Assembly: GCF_028641065.1 (NCBI RefSeq)
Contig: NC_073400.1
Location: 31,992,001 to 32,056,000 of the forward strand
Source: Leucoraja erinacea
Lineage: Eukaryota
Length of the DNA: 64,000 bases
Direction: 5' to 3'
The translations under genes were made by a program, and so were the position numbers. Below are positions 13,201 through 25,801 of this stretch, in pieces. The notes below the pieces were generated by a model. That model was not told where the DNA came from. It worked only from the letters and a program-made list of their open reading frames with translations, and ran no database searches. Positions within the stretch are counted from its first letter, which is position 1. Every line of letters begins with the position of its first letter.

Positions 13201-16200
13201 CATAGTCAGGATCGAACCTGGGTCTCTGTTGCTGTAAGCGCTGTAAGGCGGCAACTCTACCGCTGTGCCACACACTATTGAAAGGATTCTTTCGTAAAAT
13301 TATGTTCTTTTACTGTTTGGCAATCAATATTCTATATTGTTCAAATTGCAAACTGCGCTGTTTAATAATACTACTGAAACAGTTCACTGTAAAATTATCC
13401 CCTCAATATTTATCTCTGTGTATATCATTACCAAACACACCCACTGTTCACGTCAGACACATGAAACTGCAGGTGCCAGTTTACTAAAAGAAAAGACACA
13501 AAGCGCTGGAGTAAATCAGCGGGTCAGGCAGCATCTCTAGAGAACATGGATAGGTGACGATTCGGGTCAAGCCCCTTCTTCAGGCTGAGTTACTGAAGAG
13601 TTACTCCAGCACTTTGTGTCTTTCAATATTAATTCCATATCACAGTCAATTGGAAAATAACTTTTTTTAATCTAATGCTAACGTGAAAAGTTTCCATCTT
13701 ACTTCTGGGTGCCAAAGTTCCAGCCTCCAATGGACAGCAGAGTCTTGAGGTTTGCATTCCTTAAAAAATGGACAAAATGTGGTTTTAGAATGATGTTTAG
13801 AACAACAAAACATTTTCAGAACTGCTCAGGAACTTCTGTTTTTTTCGCCCCTTTGGTGTTACGTTTAGTTGAGGGGATTTGCCTTAGTCTGGATCTCAAG
13901 GGGGTCACAGAAAACGAGGTGCAAGTTCATGCAACAAGCAAGGCTTCATAAGCAATGGGCCAGTCTCACTATGTGGGCTGAAGGGCCTATTTCCTCAATG
14001 ATTTTGGTGAATGTCCAATATGTCCAATAGCTTTCTCCTGAATATCCCCCTAAACCAAGTCACCTTTCAGACAGGGGAGGTGGATGAGATGAGAAAACCT
14101 TCAACAAATGGATGTGTAACAGGGTCATGTCAAAGACCCCGCTGACCATCGATCACCCGTTCACACCAGTGCTATTTCATCCCACTTTCTCATCCACTCC
14201 CTATGCACTTGGGGCAAATTGTAGAGGCCAATTAATCTAGAAACCCTTTGGAATGTGGGAGAAAACCGGTAATCCAGAGAAAACCCTCACGGTCTTATGG
14301 CGAACATGCAAACTCCACACAAACAGTGCCTGTGGCGTCGCGAGGCAGTGGCTCTACCCGCTGCGCCACTGTGCTGCCCGGTACTTACAACAGATGGAAT
14401 CTTGCCACATACTCTTCCAAACGATAATAAACTAAACTAAACTAAATTAACTGTGGAATATGGATTTGGGGAATATCCAATACAGTGACTGGTTAGCACA
14501 CAACAAAAACCTTTCACTGTACCTCTGTACATGTGACAATGAACTAAACTGGACAATGTAAACATCGCAACAATGCCCGGCATTTGAGAAACAAGGTTAG
14601 TATTTATTCAGCGACTGTACTTGTTCTTCAGGCTGTTGATCTCCTTGTAGAGTTTTGGGTCATTCCATTCGTAGGTGGCGATCTGGTTGCTCCTCATTCC
14701 AGCGAAGGCGTAGATGATGTGTGTGCAGAGGCAAGGGTCCACGCTCTGGGGCATGTATTTACCCTCTCCTGGTCTGTACTGTGCCCAGTTGGTGAAGTAA
14801 CATACCAGCCTGTAGGCAGAGCCTGGGCAAGGGAGAGACAGGGTGGTCAGGACAATGCCTCTGTGGCACTCACACAAAGCAAAGCAAAGCAAGGCTGCAA
14901 ATGCACAAAGACTCACCCAGTTGCAGGCAGGCCAGTAAAACCACCGCTGGAACAGAAAACAGAGAACAGCGTGTTAGGATTATGACAAACTGTAATAAAT
15001 CAGGGGTTACGGCTGAACAATGGTCGGCATGGACTCCGTGGGCCGAAGGGCCTTGTTTCCATACTGTATCTCAAAACTAAACTTTTCCTATCCCATGTAC
15101 CTGTCCAAATTTCTTTTAAATGTTATTAAATGTTAAATGTCAACAAAATAGAGAGCATACAGAGGAGATTTACTAGAATGTTGCCTGGGTTTCAGCAACT
15201 AAGTTACAGAGAAAGGTTGAACAAGTTAGGGCTTTATTCTTTGGAGCGCAGAAGGTTAAGGGGGGACTTGATAGAGGTTTTTAAAATGATCAGAGGGATA
15301 GACAGAGTTGACGTGGATAAGCTTTTCCCACTGAGAGTAGGGAAGATTCAAACAAGGGGACATGACTTGAGAATTAAGGGACTGAAGTTTAGGGGTAACA
15401 TGAGGGGGAACTTCTTTACTCAGAGAGTGGTGGCTGTGTGGAATGAGCTTCCAGTGAAGGTGGTGGAGGCAGGTTCGATTTTATCATTAAAAAATAAATT
15501 GGATAGTTATATGGACGGGAAGGGAATGGAGGGTTATGGTCTGAGCGCAGGTAGATGGGACTAGGGGAGAATATGTGTTCGACACGGACTAGAAGGGTCG
15601 AGATGGCCTGTTTCCGTGCTGTAAATTGTTATATGGTTATATGGTTATTATACTTGCCTCATCTACCTCCTCTGGCAGATCATTCCATATACTCACCACC
15701 CTCTGGGCAACAGGCTAGAGTCATAGTCATAGTCACACAGCGCAGAAACAGGCCCTTTGGCCCAATTTATCCATGCTGACCATCTAAGCTTGTGCCAGTT
15801 GCCCCTGGGTTCACCTTTAAATCTTTGCCCTCTCACCTTCAGTGCCAATGCCCCTGTAGTTTTAGACTCGCCTTCCCTGGAGAAAGGCAGAGACCATCCT
15901 TCATATCTCTGCCCCTCGTGACCTTCTAAACGTCTTAAGAAGTCAAACTTCAACCTCCATCACTCAGGGGGCTCCACTCCATTGCTAGTGTTGGGACTGA
16001 AGGCTTGGGAGCAGAAGGTGGGGACACGGGAGAGTAGGAACATCATCTCCACAGAGTTCCAGCAACCTTCAACTGAAGATGGACACAGAGTGCTGGAGTA
16101 ACTCAGCGGGTCAGGCAGCATTTATGGAGCTAAGGAAATAGGCAACGTTTCGGGCCGAAACCCTTCCGGCCCGAAATGTTGCCTATTTCCAGAAGGGTTT

Positions 16201-16589
16201 CTGCCCCAAACGTTGCCTATTTCCTTAGCTCCATAGATGCTGCTGCACCATAACTCAGTGGGTCAGGCAGCATCTGTGGAGAACATGGATAGGTGACGTT
16301 TCACAGAGTGCTGGAGCAACTCAGTGGGTCAGGCAGCATCTGTGGAGAACATGGATGGGTGACGTTTCACAAAGTGCTGGAGTATCACAGCGGGTCAGGC
16401 AGCATCTCTGGAGATTAAGGTTAGATAGAGTCGAGACCCTTCAGACACCTTTATAATAAAACTTGAGAAACAATTTAACCTGTTCTCATCATTTAATGTC
16501 TAAACCTGATTCTTTCAAAAAGTATTCCAATATCAAAAGGAATTAAACAACAAAAGGCTCTTACCTGTTCCAAGAAGTAGCTTTGCCAT
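6971..16589 (-). CDS. chia: Acidic mammalian chitinase-like GH18 chitinase (signal peptide, GH18, Gly-rich linker, CBM14); 11 coding exons, 472 aa
   Basis: Exons 16565-16589, 14917-14946, 14621-14822, 13703-13759, 12579-12744, 11823-11947, 10799-10925, 9939-10121, 9114-9230, 7748-7886, 6971-7218. All are GT-AG with compatible phases and total 1419 nt. Motifs: [56 protein letters not shown]. Confidence 0.93.
7748..7886 (-). CDS. chia: chia exon 10
   Basis: [15 protein letters not shown]...; cag/gtaatg boundaries. Confidence 0.92.
9114..9230 (-). CDS. chia: chia exon 9
   Basis: ICGFLNG...[10 protein letters not shown]. Confidence 0.92.
9939..10121 (-). CDS. chia: chia exon 8
   Basis: EYAMNYWK...GFPTYGHTF...LAYYE. 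Confidence 0.92.
10799..10925 (-). CDS. chia: chia exon 7
   Basis: [15 protein letters not shown]...GENSPLY. Confidence 0.92.
11370..11680 (-). mobile_element. CR1 LINE RT fragment
   Basis: '[10 protein letters not shown]...[24 protein letters not shown]'. Confidence 0.75.
11823..11947 (-). CDS. chia: chia exon 6
   Basis: [27 protein letters not shown]...GYEV; 125 nt. Confidence 0.92.
12115..12510. repeat. Penelope-derived 66-bp tandem units with internal palindrome
   Basis: Unit GAGTAACTCAGCGGGTCAGGCAGCATCTGTGGAGAACATGGATAGGTGACGTTTCACAGAGTGCTG is repeated; inverted arms at about 12260-12410. Confidence 0.75.
12579..12744 (-). CDS. chia: chia exon 5 (catalytic DxxDxDxE)
   Basis: [18 protein letters not shown]; 166 nt. 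Confidence 0.95.
13703..13759 (-). CDS. chia: chia exon 4
   Basis: [18 protein letters not shown]; 57 nt. Confidence 0.93.
14621..14822 (-). CDS. chia: chia exon 3
   Basis: [17 protein letters not shown]...[11 protein letters not shown]; 202 nt. Confidence 0.95.
14917..14946 (-). CDS. chia: chia exon 2 (signal peptide)
   Basis: 30-nt phase-1 exon [11 protein letters not shown]; ccag/gtgagt boundaries. Confidence 0.85.
15138..15645 (+). mobile_element. CR1 LINE 3' end (young, open frame)
   Basis: [14 protein letters not shown]...[14 protein letters not shown] with (TTATATGG)n-like tail. Confidence 0.85.
16080..16445. repeat. Penelope-derived 66-bp/palindrome module
   Basis: Same unit and inverted arms as 12115-12510. 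Confidence 0.7.
16565..16589 (-). CDS. chia: chia exon 1 (MAKLLLGT)
   Basis: 25-nt first coding exon; AAGATGG Kozak and G|gtaag donor. Confidence 0.88.
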
Positions 16590-16624
16590 CTTGTTACTGT
16601 TGCTGACTAGACCTGAGCTGCCTC

Positions 16625-16747
16625 TTTTATACAATGAACTTATCACGAACAATAATCCAATGTGTTTGTCGTTCCCTTTATCAGAGTGAAAGGGCAGTCA
16701 CGATGATCCTCCTGCTATTTACAAAGGGAAAATAATAGTTCTTATCT
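16625..16747 (-). promoter_or_regulatory. chia proximal promoter: TATA box with GATA and FOXA-like sites
   Basis: TATAAAA at 16625-16631 (36 nt upstream of ATG); WGATAA at about 16640, 16678 and 16742; TGTTTG and TATTTAC forkhead-like sites. Confidence 0.65.
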
Positions 16748-17134
16748 TGACTTGAATATTTTCTCTTCAATGTCATTCAGATTGTTCACCTTCATTTTCA
16801 CCTCAATTTTGTTCCTGAGCCTGGTATGGAAAAAACATAGAAAATAGGTGCAGGAGTAGGCCATTCAGTGAATTGGCCTCCACTGCCATCTGTGGCAGAG
16901 AATTCCACAGATTCACAACTCTCTGGGTGAAAAATATTCTCCTCATCACTGTCCTAAATGGCCTACTCTCTCCTTCACCTACTTAGTTTTGAGATCCAGC
17001 ATGGAAACAGGCCCCATCGGCACGCCGGGACCACGGCAACCAGCGATCATGCGTTCACAGTAGATCGATGTTTTCCCACTTTCTCATCCACTCCCTACTC
17101 ACTAGGGTGCAATTTACAGAGGGTCATTTTTCAA

Positions 17135-17670
17135 ACATAGAAACATAAAAATTAGGTGCAGGAGTAGGCCATTAGGCCCTTCGAGCCTGCACCGCCATTC
17201 AATATGATCATGGCTGATCATCCAACTCAGTATCCCGTACCTGCCTTCTCTCCATACCCCCTGATCCCCTTAGCCACAAGGGCCACATCCAACTCCCTCT
17301 TAAATATAGCCAATGAACTGTGGTCTCAATTACTTTCTGTGGCAGAGAGTTCCAGAGATTCACCACTCTCTGTGTGAAAAAAGTTTTTTCTCATCTCGGT
17401 TTTAAAGGATTTCCCCCTTATCCTTAAGCTGTGACCCCTTGTCCTGGACTTCCCCAACATCGGGAACAATCTTCCTGCATCTAGCCTGTCCAACCCCTTA
17501 AGAATTTTGTAAGTTTCTATAAGATCCCCTCCTAAATCTCCTAAATTCTAGAGAGTATAAACCAAGTCTATCCAGTCTTTCTTCATAAGACAGTCCTGAC
17601 ATCCCAGGAATCAGTCTGGTGAACCTTCTCTGCACTCCCTCTATGGCAATAATGTCCTTCCTCAGATTTG
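17135..17670 (-). mobile_element. CR1 LINE 3' end
   Basis: 'LRKDIIAIEGVQRRFTRLIPG' through the (TTTCTATG)n tail. Confidence 0.85.
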
Positions 17671-17889
17671 GCCTACAAACCCGCACGTCTTTAGGATATG
17701 GGAGGAAAATGGAGTACTTGGAGAAAGCCCATGCAGTCACAGAACAAATGTGTAAACTCCATACAGACAGCTCCCGAGGTCAGGATTGAACCCAGGTCTG
17801 TGGCGCTGTTAGGCAGCGGTTCTACCAGTTCACCACCGAGTTGCTAGTCTCTTACAGCTTTCCTTCTCCACCTGCCCCCCTTACAATCA

Positions 17890-18176
17890 GTCTGAAGAAG
17901 AGTCTCGACCCAAAACGACACCTATCCCTTTACTCCAGAGATGCTGCCTGACCCGCTATGTTATTCCAGCACTCTGTGAAACGTCATCTATCCATGTTCT
18001 CCACAGATGCTGCCTGACCCGCTGAGTTACTCCAGCACTCTGTGAAACGTCATCTACCCATGTTCTCCACAGATGCTGCCTGACCCGCTGAGTTACTCCA
18101 GCACTCTGTGAAACGTCACCTATCCATGTTCTCCACAGATGCTGCCTGACCCGCTGAGTTACTCCAGCACTCTGTG
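17890..18176 (+). repeat. 66-bp tandem array (about 4 units) headed by a degenerate hammerhead-like core
   Basis: ATGCTGCC recurs at 17941, 18007, 18073 and 18139 (period 66). Confidence 0.85.
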
Positions 18177-18349
18177 ACTTTTAAAATAATTAAATCCAGC
18201 ATTAGTTTTTCATTTCCATGTTGCCCATTGAACACATTTGAGTCAGTGTCCCTACACTGAGTTGATATCACCGTCTATCTGCTCCTCTCTCTCCTCCCCA
18301 TCACCAGCACGTGAAACCAATCTCTCTCCCACCAATTCCCCTCTCTCTG

Positions 18350-18790
18350 TTCATAGGTTCTAGGAGCAGAATTAGGCCATTCGGCCCATCAAGTCTACTC
18401 CGCCATTCAATCATGGCTGATCTATCTCTCCCTCCCAACCCCATTTTCCTGCCTTCTCCCCATAACCCCTGACACCCGGACTAATCAAGAACCTGTCAAA
18501 CTGCCCAATGACTTGTGGCCTCCACAGCCGCCTGTAGCAAAGAATTCCACAGATTCACCACCCTCTGACCAAAGAAATTCCTCCTCATCTTCTTTCTAAA
18601 GCTACGTCCTTTTATTCTAAGGCTGTGCCCTCTGGTCCTAGACTCTCCCACTAGTGGAAACATCCACCCCACATCCATTCCATATCCAAGCCTTTTACTA
18701 TTCGGTAAGTTTCAATGAGGTTTCCCCCTCATCCTTCTAAACTCAAGCGAGAACAGACCCAGTGCCTTCAAATGCTCATCATACGTTAAC
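18350..18790 (-). mobile_element. CR1 LINE 3' fragment
   Basis: '[19 protein letters not shown]...QRVVNLWNSL'. Confidence 0.8.
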
Positions 18791-21700
18791 CATGATCCAT
18801 ATCCCTCCACTCCATGTGCCTGCCTAATCACCACTATCGTATGTGCCTCCACCACCACCCCTGGCAGAATTCTTCAGGCACCCATCACCCTCTGTGGAAA
18901 ATAAATCTACCCCACACATCTCCTTTAAACTTGCCCCCCTCATTTTAAAGCTATGCACTTAATATAAAATTCTTAAGGGATTGGACAGGCTAGATGCAGA
19001 AAAAAAACTCCCAATGTTGGGGGGAGTCCAGAACCAGGGGTCACAGTTTATGAATAAGGGGTTGGCCATTTAGGACTGAGATGAGTTTGCACATTTTTCC
19101 TGTGACTGCATGGGCTTTCTCCAGGTGCTCTGGTTTCCTCCCACATCCCAAAGACGTGCTGGTTTGTAGGCCAATTGTCCCTCTGTAAATTGCTCCTAGT
19201 GCGTAGGGAGTGGTTGACAAACTGGAAAAACCGATCCACGGTGGACGGGTGATCGCTGGTCGGCCTGGACACGATGGGCCGAAGGGCCTGTTTCCATGCT
19301 GCATCTCTAAACCAAGTTAGTGAAGGAGAGGGTAGAATAAGGGGTCGGCCATTTAGCACTGAGATGAGGAAAACGTTTTTCACCCAGAGAGTTGTGAATC
19401 TGTGGAATTATCTGCCACAGAAGGCAGTGGAGGCCAGTTCACTGGATGTTTTCAAGAGAGAGTTAGATAGAGCTCTAAGGGCTAATGGAATCAAGGGATA
19501 AATGGGGAGTAGTAGGCAGGAACGGGGTACTGATTGGGGATGATCAGCCATGATCATATTGAATGGCGGTGCTGGCTCGAAGGGCTGAATGGCCTACTCC
19601 TGCACCTATTTTCTGTGGGGTTTTTTTTCTCTGGCACGTGCAGAAAAGTTGTTTAGTTCTTATCGTTTCAGCAAACGTGTGAATGGAATAAATTGGCACA
19701 TGTTTGTCAAGAATAAAGGAAAGACCTTGGGGCTGAGTTGACAGATGCAAGTAATCTGGTGAAAGAATCACATGCCCACTTTTGCGTAAGTTGCAAGATA
19801 TCCTTTGCAAATAATGAAATGACGACACAACTTCTCACTGTATCTTGGTACATGTAACAATAATAACGTGCACCACCGATAACAACTTAAGGTTGAGGCT
19901 ACAGCAAGATAGCACACCAACGACTCTACTTCCTTAGAACCCTTAGGAAGTTTGGCATCTCCCCTACAACTACAGATGCACCACAAAAAGCATTTTATCG
20001 CGATGCATCACAGCAATGTTTGGGCACCGCTCCATCCAAGACCGCGAGAAATTGCAGCAAATTGTGGGCGCAGCCCAGACCGTCACACAAACCAACCTCC
20101 CTTCCATCGACTCCATCTACACCTCACGCTGCCTCGGCAAGGCCAGCAGCATCATCAAGGACCAGTCTCACCCTGGCCACTCCCACGTCTCCCCTCTCTC
20201 ATCAGGCAAGAGGTACAGAAGTGTGAAAACGCACGCACACACACCTCCAGATTCAGGGACAGTTTCTTCCCAGCTGTTATCAGGCAACTGAACCATCCTA
20301 CCACAACTAGAGAGCGGTGCTGTACTAGTATCGACCTCATTGGTGACCCTCGGACTATCTTTGATCGGACTTTCCTTCCGGGTTTCGGCCCGAAACGTTG
20401 CCTATTTCCTTAGCTCCATAGATGCTGCTGCACCATAACTCAGCGGGTCAGGCAGCATCTGTGGAGAACATGGATAGGTGACGTTTCACAGAGTGCTGGA
20501 GTAACTCAGCGGGTCAGGCAGCATCTGTGGGGAACATGGATAGGTGACGTTTCACAGAGTGCTGGAGTAACTCAGCGGGTCAGGCAGCATCTGTGGAGAA
20601 CATGGATAGGTGACGATTGGGGTCGGGATCTTTCTTCAGACTGATTGTAGGGGGAGGAGAAAGCTAGAAGAGGGGAGAGGCAGAACAACGAGTGGCAGGT
20701 AATAGATGGACACAGGCAAGGAAGGTTTTTGATAGGCAGATGTTTGGAACAAAGTCCAGCGGTAAAAGCAGAAGGTGTGCAACAGGACGAGGAGTTGCAA
20801 TTGTGAAGCTAGAGGGAGGAGAGTGACAGGAGGGGAGGGGAGGGAATGGAGGGGAGAATTAGGTAGGAGTCCTGGTGGGGCACAAGGAGGAGGGGGACAG
20901 GGGGGTAGAAAGGGGAGGGTATGGGGGAGAAGGGAGGGCGAGTTTGGAATTGTGGCCTACTTACCTGGGAAAAGATGGATCAGCTTTGGAGTGGTACACA
21001 ACAACAGTTCACCAGACACAACACAGGAGATGCTGGAATCCTGAGCAAAATGCAAAGTGTTGGAGGAACTCAGTGGGTCAGGCAGCATCTGTGGAAGGAA
21101 ATGGACAGGCGACCATTTGGATGGGGACCCTTCTTCAAACTGATGAAGAAGGGGCCTGACCATTCCCTCCACAGATGCTGCCCGACCCGCTGAGTTCTCC
21201 CAGCAATTTGTTTCATGTTCAACAAACTGAGATACTTGATACCGTGAGGAATATAGTGTTACAATAGGACGGTAGGGTTCAGCGGTAGAGTTGCTGCCTC
21301 GCCGTCCTTGCAGCGCCGGAACCTGGGTTCGATCCCGACTACGGGCGCTGTCTTTACGGAGTTTGTACGTTCTCCTCGTGACTGCCGTGGGATTTCTCCA
21401 AGATCTTCGGTTTCCTCCCACATTCCAAGGAAGTGCAGGTTTGTAAGTTATTTGGCTTGGTAAATGTAAAAATTGTCCCTAGTGTGTGTAGGATAGTGTT
21501 AATATGCGGGGATTGCTGGTTGGTGCGGACTCAGTGGGCCGAAGGGCCTGTTTCCGCGCTGTACCTCTAAACTAAACTAAACTAAACTGCAAAGAAACTG
21601 CAGGTAAAAAAAGTTCAAGGGTTACAATGAGGTAGATAGGAAGATCGGGAATTCATCCCTAATATATGAGAGGTATGTTCCAGTGCCTGGTTCAGAGGGA

Positions 21701-23967
21701 AAGAGCTGTTCTTGGACCTGGTAGTACATGCTTGCCTTTGTGTCTTCTGCAGATCTCACGACCTTTTGTAATCACCAACCAGCGATCGTGCCGTATATTA
21801 ACATTATCCCACACACTAGGGACAATTTTACCAAAAACAATTACCCTGCAAAGCAACAATCACCCATATACTTGTTCTATCCCACACACTGGGGACAATT
21901 TACAGAAGCTAATTAACCTACAAGCCTGCACAGCTTTGGAGTGTGGGGGGAAACCGGAGCACCCAGAGAAAACCCATGTGGTCACAGAGAGAATGTACCA
22001 ACTCCGTATGGACAGCACCTGTAGTCAGGATCGAACCCTTGTCTCTGGCGCTGTGAGGCAGCAACTCTACCACTGCGCCACCCACAGTGTGTTGGTACAT
22101 GCTCTTTTATGTATCTTATATAACCATATAACTCCTTGATCTTCTGCAGATCAAGTCTCACAACGACAACTGGGGGATTTAAATCCTGTTAAATAAGTCA
22201 ATCTACAATTATAAGAGAAGTCCACCAGTTACCGCGATCATGAAAATCGAGATCATTTAGCGTAGGTCCCTTGTCCCCCCCCTTACCTGGTCTACAGGTG
22301 TCTCCAGTTGCACCAACGTTGGTCTCTTGTCCAGTCGGGACAACTATGGGTGGACGGCTGTTGTTGGCGATGTCCGCCGTCTCCACAAAGACTCCACCGA
22401 TGTCCAGCTGGAGATCAGGAGGAAGCAGAGGGAGCCTGGAGGGAGGTGCCCAATGTCGGGTGAACAGAGAGCGAGAGTCTGAGCCTTGGTCAGATGGACG
22501 AGGGTTTTGTAAAGATTGGGGATGCGGCAATGACCTAGCGTGAGGAACAAGCCTCAGCTGACTGTGTGTGTCAACCTAACCACATCCTGCAGCAACATCT
22601 AGATGCTCAACAACAACAGTCACATCGCAACCACATTGCAACACAGTTGGTTTGGTTTGGGTTAGTTTAGTTTATTGTCACGTGTACCGAGGTACAGTGA
22701 AAAGCTTTTGTTGCGTGCTATCCGTCAGCGGAAGGACGATTCACGGTTACGATCGAGCCGTCCACAGTGTACAAGTACAGGATAAAGGGAAAAACAGGCC
22801 CTTCAGCCCATCGAGTCCGCGCCTACCAACAATCACCCGGCCACTGCTCAGGACAATTTGCCAAAGCCAATTAATCTACAAATCTGTACATCTTTGGAGT
22901 GTGGGAGGAAACCGGAGCACCCGGAGAAAACCCACTCGGGTTACACAGAGAGAACGTACAAACTCCATGCAGACAGCACCCGTGGTCAGGATCAAACCCA
23001 GGCCTTTGGTGCTATGAGGCAGCAATTCTACCGCTGCGCCACCGTGACTCTCATTACTCATTTTAGACATTTTCCTTTAGATTTCAGCAATTGCTTCCAT
23101 GGGAGCGCAGCCAGGAATCCTTACTCCTCTGATGATAGACGCAAAGTGCTGGAGTAACTTAGTGGGTCAGGCAGCATCTCTGGAGAGAAAGGATGGGTGA
23201 CGTTTGCGGTTAGAATCCTTTTTCAGACCCAGTCGGAAGAAAGGTCGTGACCCGAAATGTCTGAAGAAGGGTTCCAACCAGAAACGCCACCCATCCTTTT
23301 CCTCCAGAGATGCTGCCTGTCCCGCTGAGTTACTCCAGCACCTTGTGACTATCTTTGGTATAAACCAGCATCTGCAGTTCTTTGTTTATACAGCCTCAGT
23401 CATGTGCTAGGTAGAACAAGTTGTCTGAAAATAGTGAAAGGCCTGGATAGAGTGGATGTGGAGAGGGTGTTTCCACTAGTGGGAGAGTCTAAGACTAGAG
23501 GTCTTAGCCTCAGAATTAAAGGACTTTCCTTTAAGAAGGAGATGAGGAGGAACCTCTTTAGTCAGAGGTTGGAGAATCTGTGGAATTCTTTGCCACAGAA
23601 GGCTGTGGAGCACAAGCCCAAGTCAATGGATATTTTAAAGCAGAGATAGATAGATTTTTGATTAGTACGGGTGCCGGGTTACAGGGAGAAAGCAGGAGAA
23701 TGGGGTGAGGAGGGAGAGATAGATCAGCCATGATTGAATGGCGGAGTAGACTTGATGGGCCGAATGGCCTAATTCTGCTCCGATTACTTATGACCTTAAG
23801 ACTGCTTAATGGTTTCAGAGATTTCACTTTATCAAGGCCTTCTCTCTTCCTATTTCTCTTCCCAACATCACCCTGTAACATGCACTCTTTTATTTATGGG
23901 GGTGGACAGATGCAAAGTGGAAGATAAGTTATCCAGACCTGAAATCAAGTCGAGAGTCAAGGGTGTT

Positions 23968-24640
23968 TCAATACAATACAATACAATACAATACAATACA
24001 AATTTATTATCATTTGAGCCCCAGTGAGACTCAAACGAAATGTTGTTTCCACAGCCATACAAACAAAGACACTGTCTTACAGACATACACATAATTAAAT
24101 TCACACAAACATCCATCACAGTGAAGCCACTGTGATGGAAGGCAAGTCTTTTCTCTCCCCTGTTCTCCGTGTCTCTCCCGATGTCCAAGCCCCAGTCGGG
24201 CGATGATGAGTCCCACGGCCATTTTAGGCCGCGCGGGGCGATTTACGGCCCCGCTCCCGGTCTGAAAGTCCAAGGTTGGAACCCCCACGGGCGATGGTGA
24301 GTCCCACGGCCATGAAGCCGTGCCGGGTGATGTACTGTCCCGGTCCGGGTTGTTCCAACCCCGCGACACGGGCTGGAGAAGTCGCGTTGCGGGAGCTCCG
24401 GGAAGCGGTCTCTCTCTCTCCCCCCGGACCCGCGAGCTCCCGATGTCACAGTCCACCGGACCTGCGGCTGCGTTGCTGGAGCCTCCGAGCCCCAGGAGTC
24501 GAGTCGCAGCAGCGAGTCACCGCCGCTCCCCACGCTCCGAGGCCGGCCAGCCCCACGATGGTGAGTCCGTGTCTCTCCCGATGTCCAAGCCCCAGGCGGG
24601 CGATGCTGAGTCCCACGGCCATTTTAGGCCGCGCGGGGCC
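23968..24640 (-). mobile_element. Non-autonomous retroposon with (TATTG)n tail and internal ~70-bp duplication
   Basis: (CAATA)n at 23968-24000; 24167-24239 repeated at about 24568-24639; 3' region similar to the 543-1389 element. Confidence 0.65.
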
Positions 24641-25274
24641 TAAAATGGTGAGTGGTACTAACAAAACCACAATGACATTCGTACTTGTGGCAGTGTAACA
24701 GGTCTGTACATATAGTGCACATAGATAATGTATAATAAGCAAAATATTCAATAAATTAATAACCCTAATAGTGCAAAAAGCCCAAAGTCCTTAGTGCAAC
24801 CAAACCCAGTACCATAGTTCATCGATTAGTGACACAAGGAACTGTAGATGCTGGAATTGTGAGCAAAAGACACAAATTGCTGGAGTAACTCAGCAGGTCA
24901 GGCAGCGTCTCTGGAGGACATGGAAGGTCACAGTTCGGGTTGGGACCCTTCTTCAGACTGATTGGAGTAGGGGGGGAGAAAGCCGGAAGAGAGGTGGGAG
25001 TGTGATGAAGCCTGGTGAGTGATAGGTGGATCCAGCATTTTGTGTTTCCTTTTCATTTCTTTATTGCTCGACTTCCCTTGAAGGTCGACGACAAATCAGT
25101 TCCACCTTCACCAACCCTCAGCATGAACCGGCCTCCCACACACTATTTGCCAAACGCTATTTATGACAGTGACGATCACATGGTGGGTCCGGAGGTGGAG
25201 GACAGGTGTGGATCGTGGAAAAACAAGAACAAGTTACCCACGTCCACACCCAACGTGAAAACAATCTGAGGATA

Positions 25275-25801
25275 GACGCAGAATGCTGGAGTAACTCAGC
25301 AGGTCAGGATAGCATCTGTGGAGAACATGGATAGGTGACGTTTCACAGAGTGTTGGAGTAACTCAGCGGGTCAGGCAGCATCTATGGAGCTAAGGAAATA
25401 GGCAACGTTTTGGGCCGAAACCCTTCTGGAAATAGGCAACGTTTCGGGCCGAAACCCGGAAGGGTTTCGGCCCGAAACGTTGCCTATTTCCTTAGCTCCA
25501 TAGATGATGCTGCACCCGCTGAGTTACTCCAGCACTCTGTGAAACGTCAACTGAAGATGCTGCTTTATGCCAGAGATAGACACAGAGTGCTGGTGTAACT
25601 CAGCGGGTCAGGCAGCATCTGTGGAGAACATGGATAGGTGACGTTTCACAGAGTGCTGGAGTAACTCAGTGGGTGCAGCAGCATCTATGGAGAACATGGA
25701 TAGGTGACGTTTCACAGAGTGCTGGAGCAACTCAGCGGGTCAGGCAGCATCTCTGGAGGAAAGGAATAGGTGATGTTTCGGGTCGAGACCCTTCTTCAGA
25801 C
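25275..25801. repeat. Penelope-derived 66-bp/palindrome module ending in a hammerhead core
   Basis: Tandem units plus inverted arms; reverse strand CTGAAGAAGGGTCTCGACCCGAAAC at 25775-25799. Confidence 0.7.

Noticed and set aside
17890-18176. CRISPR-like array
   Set aside because: Eukaryotic context with contiguous near-identical 66-bp units and no unique spacers.
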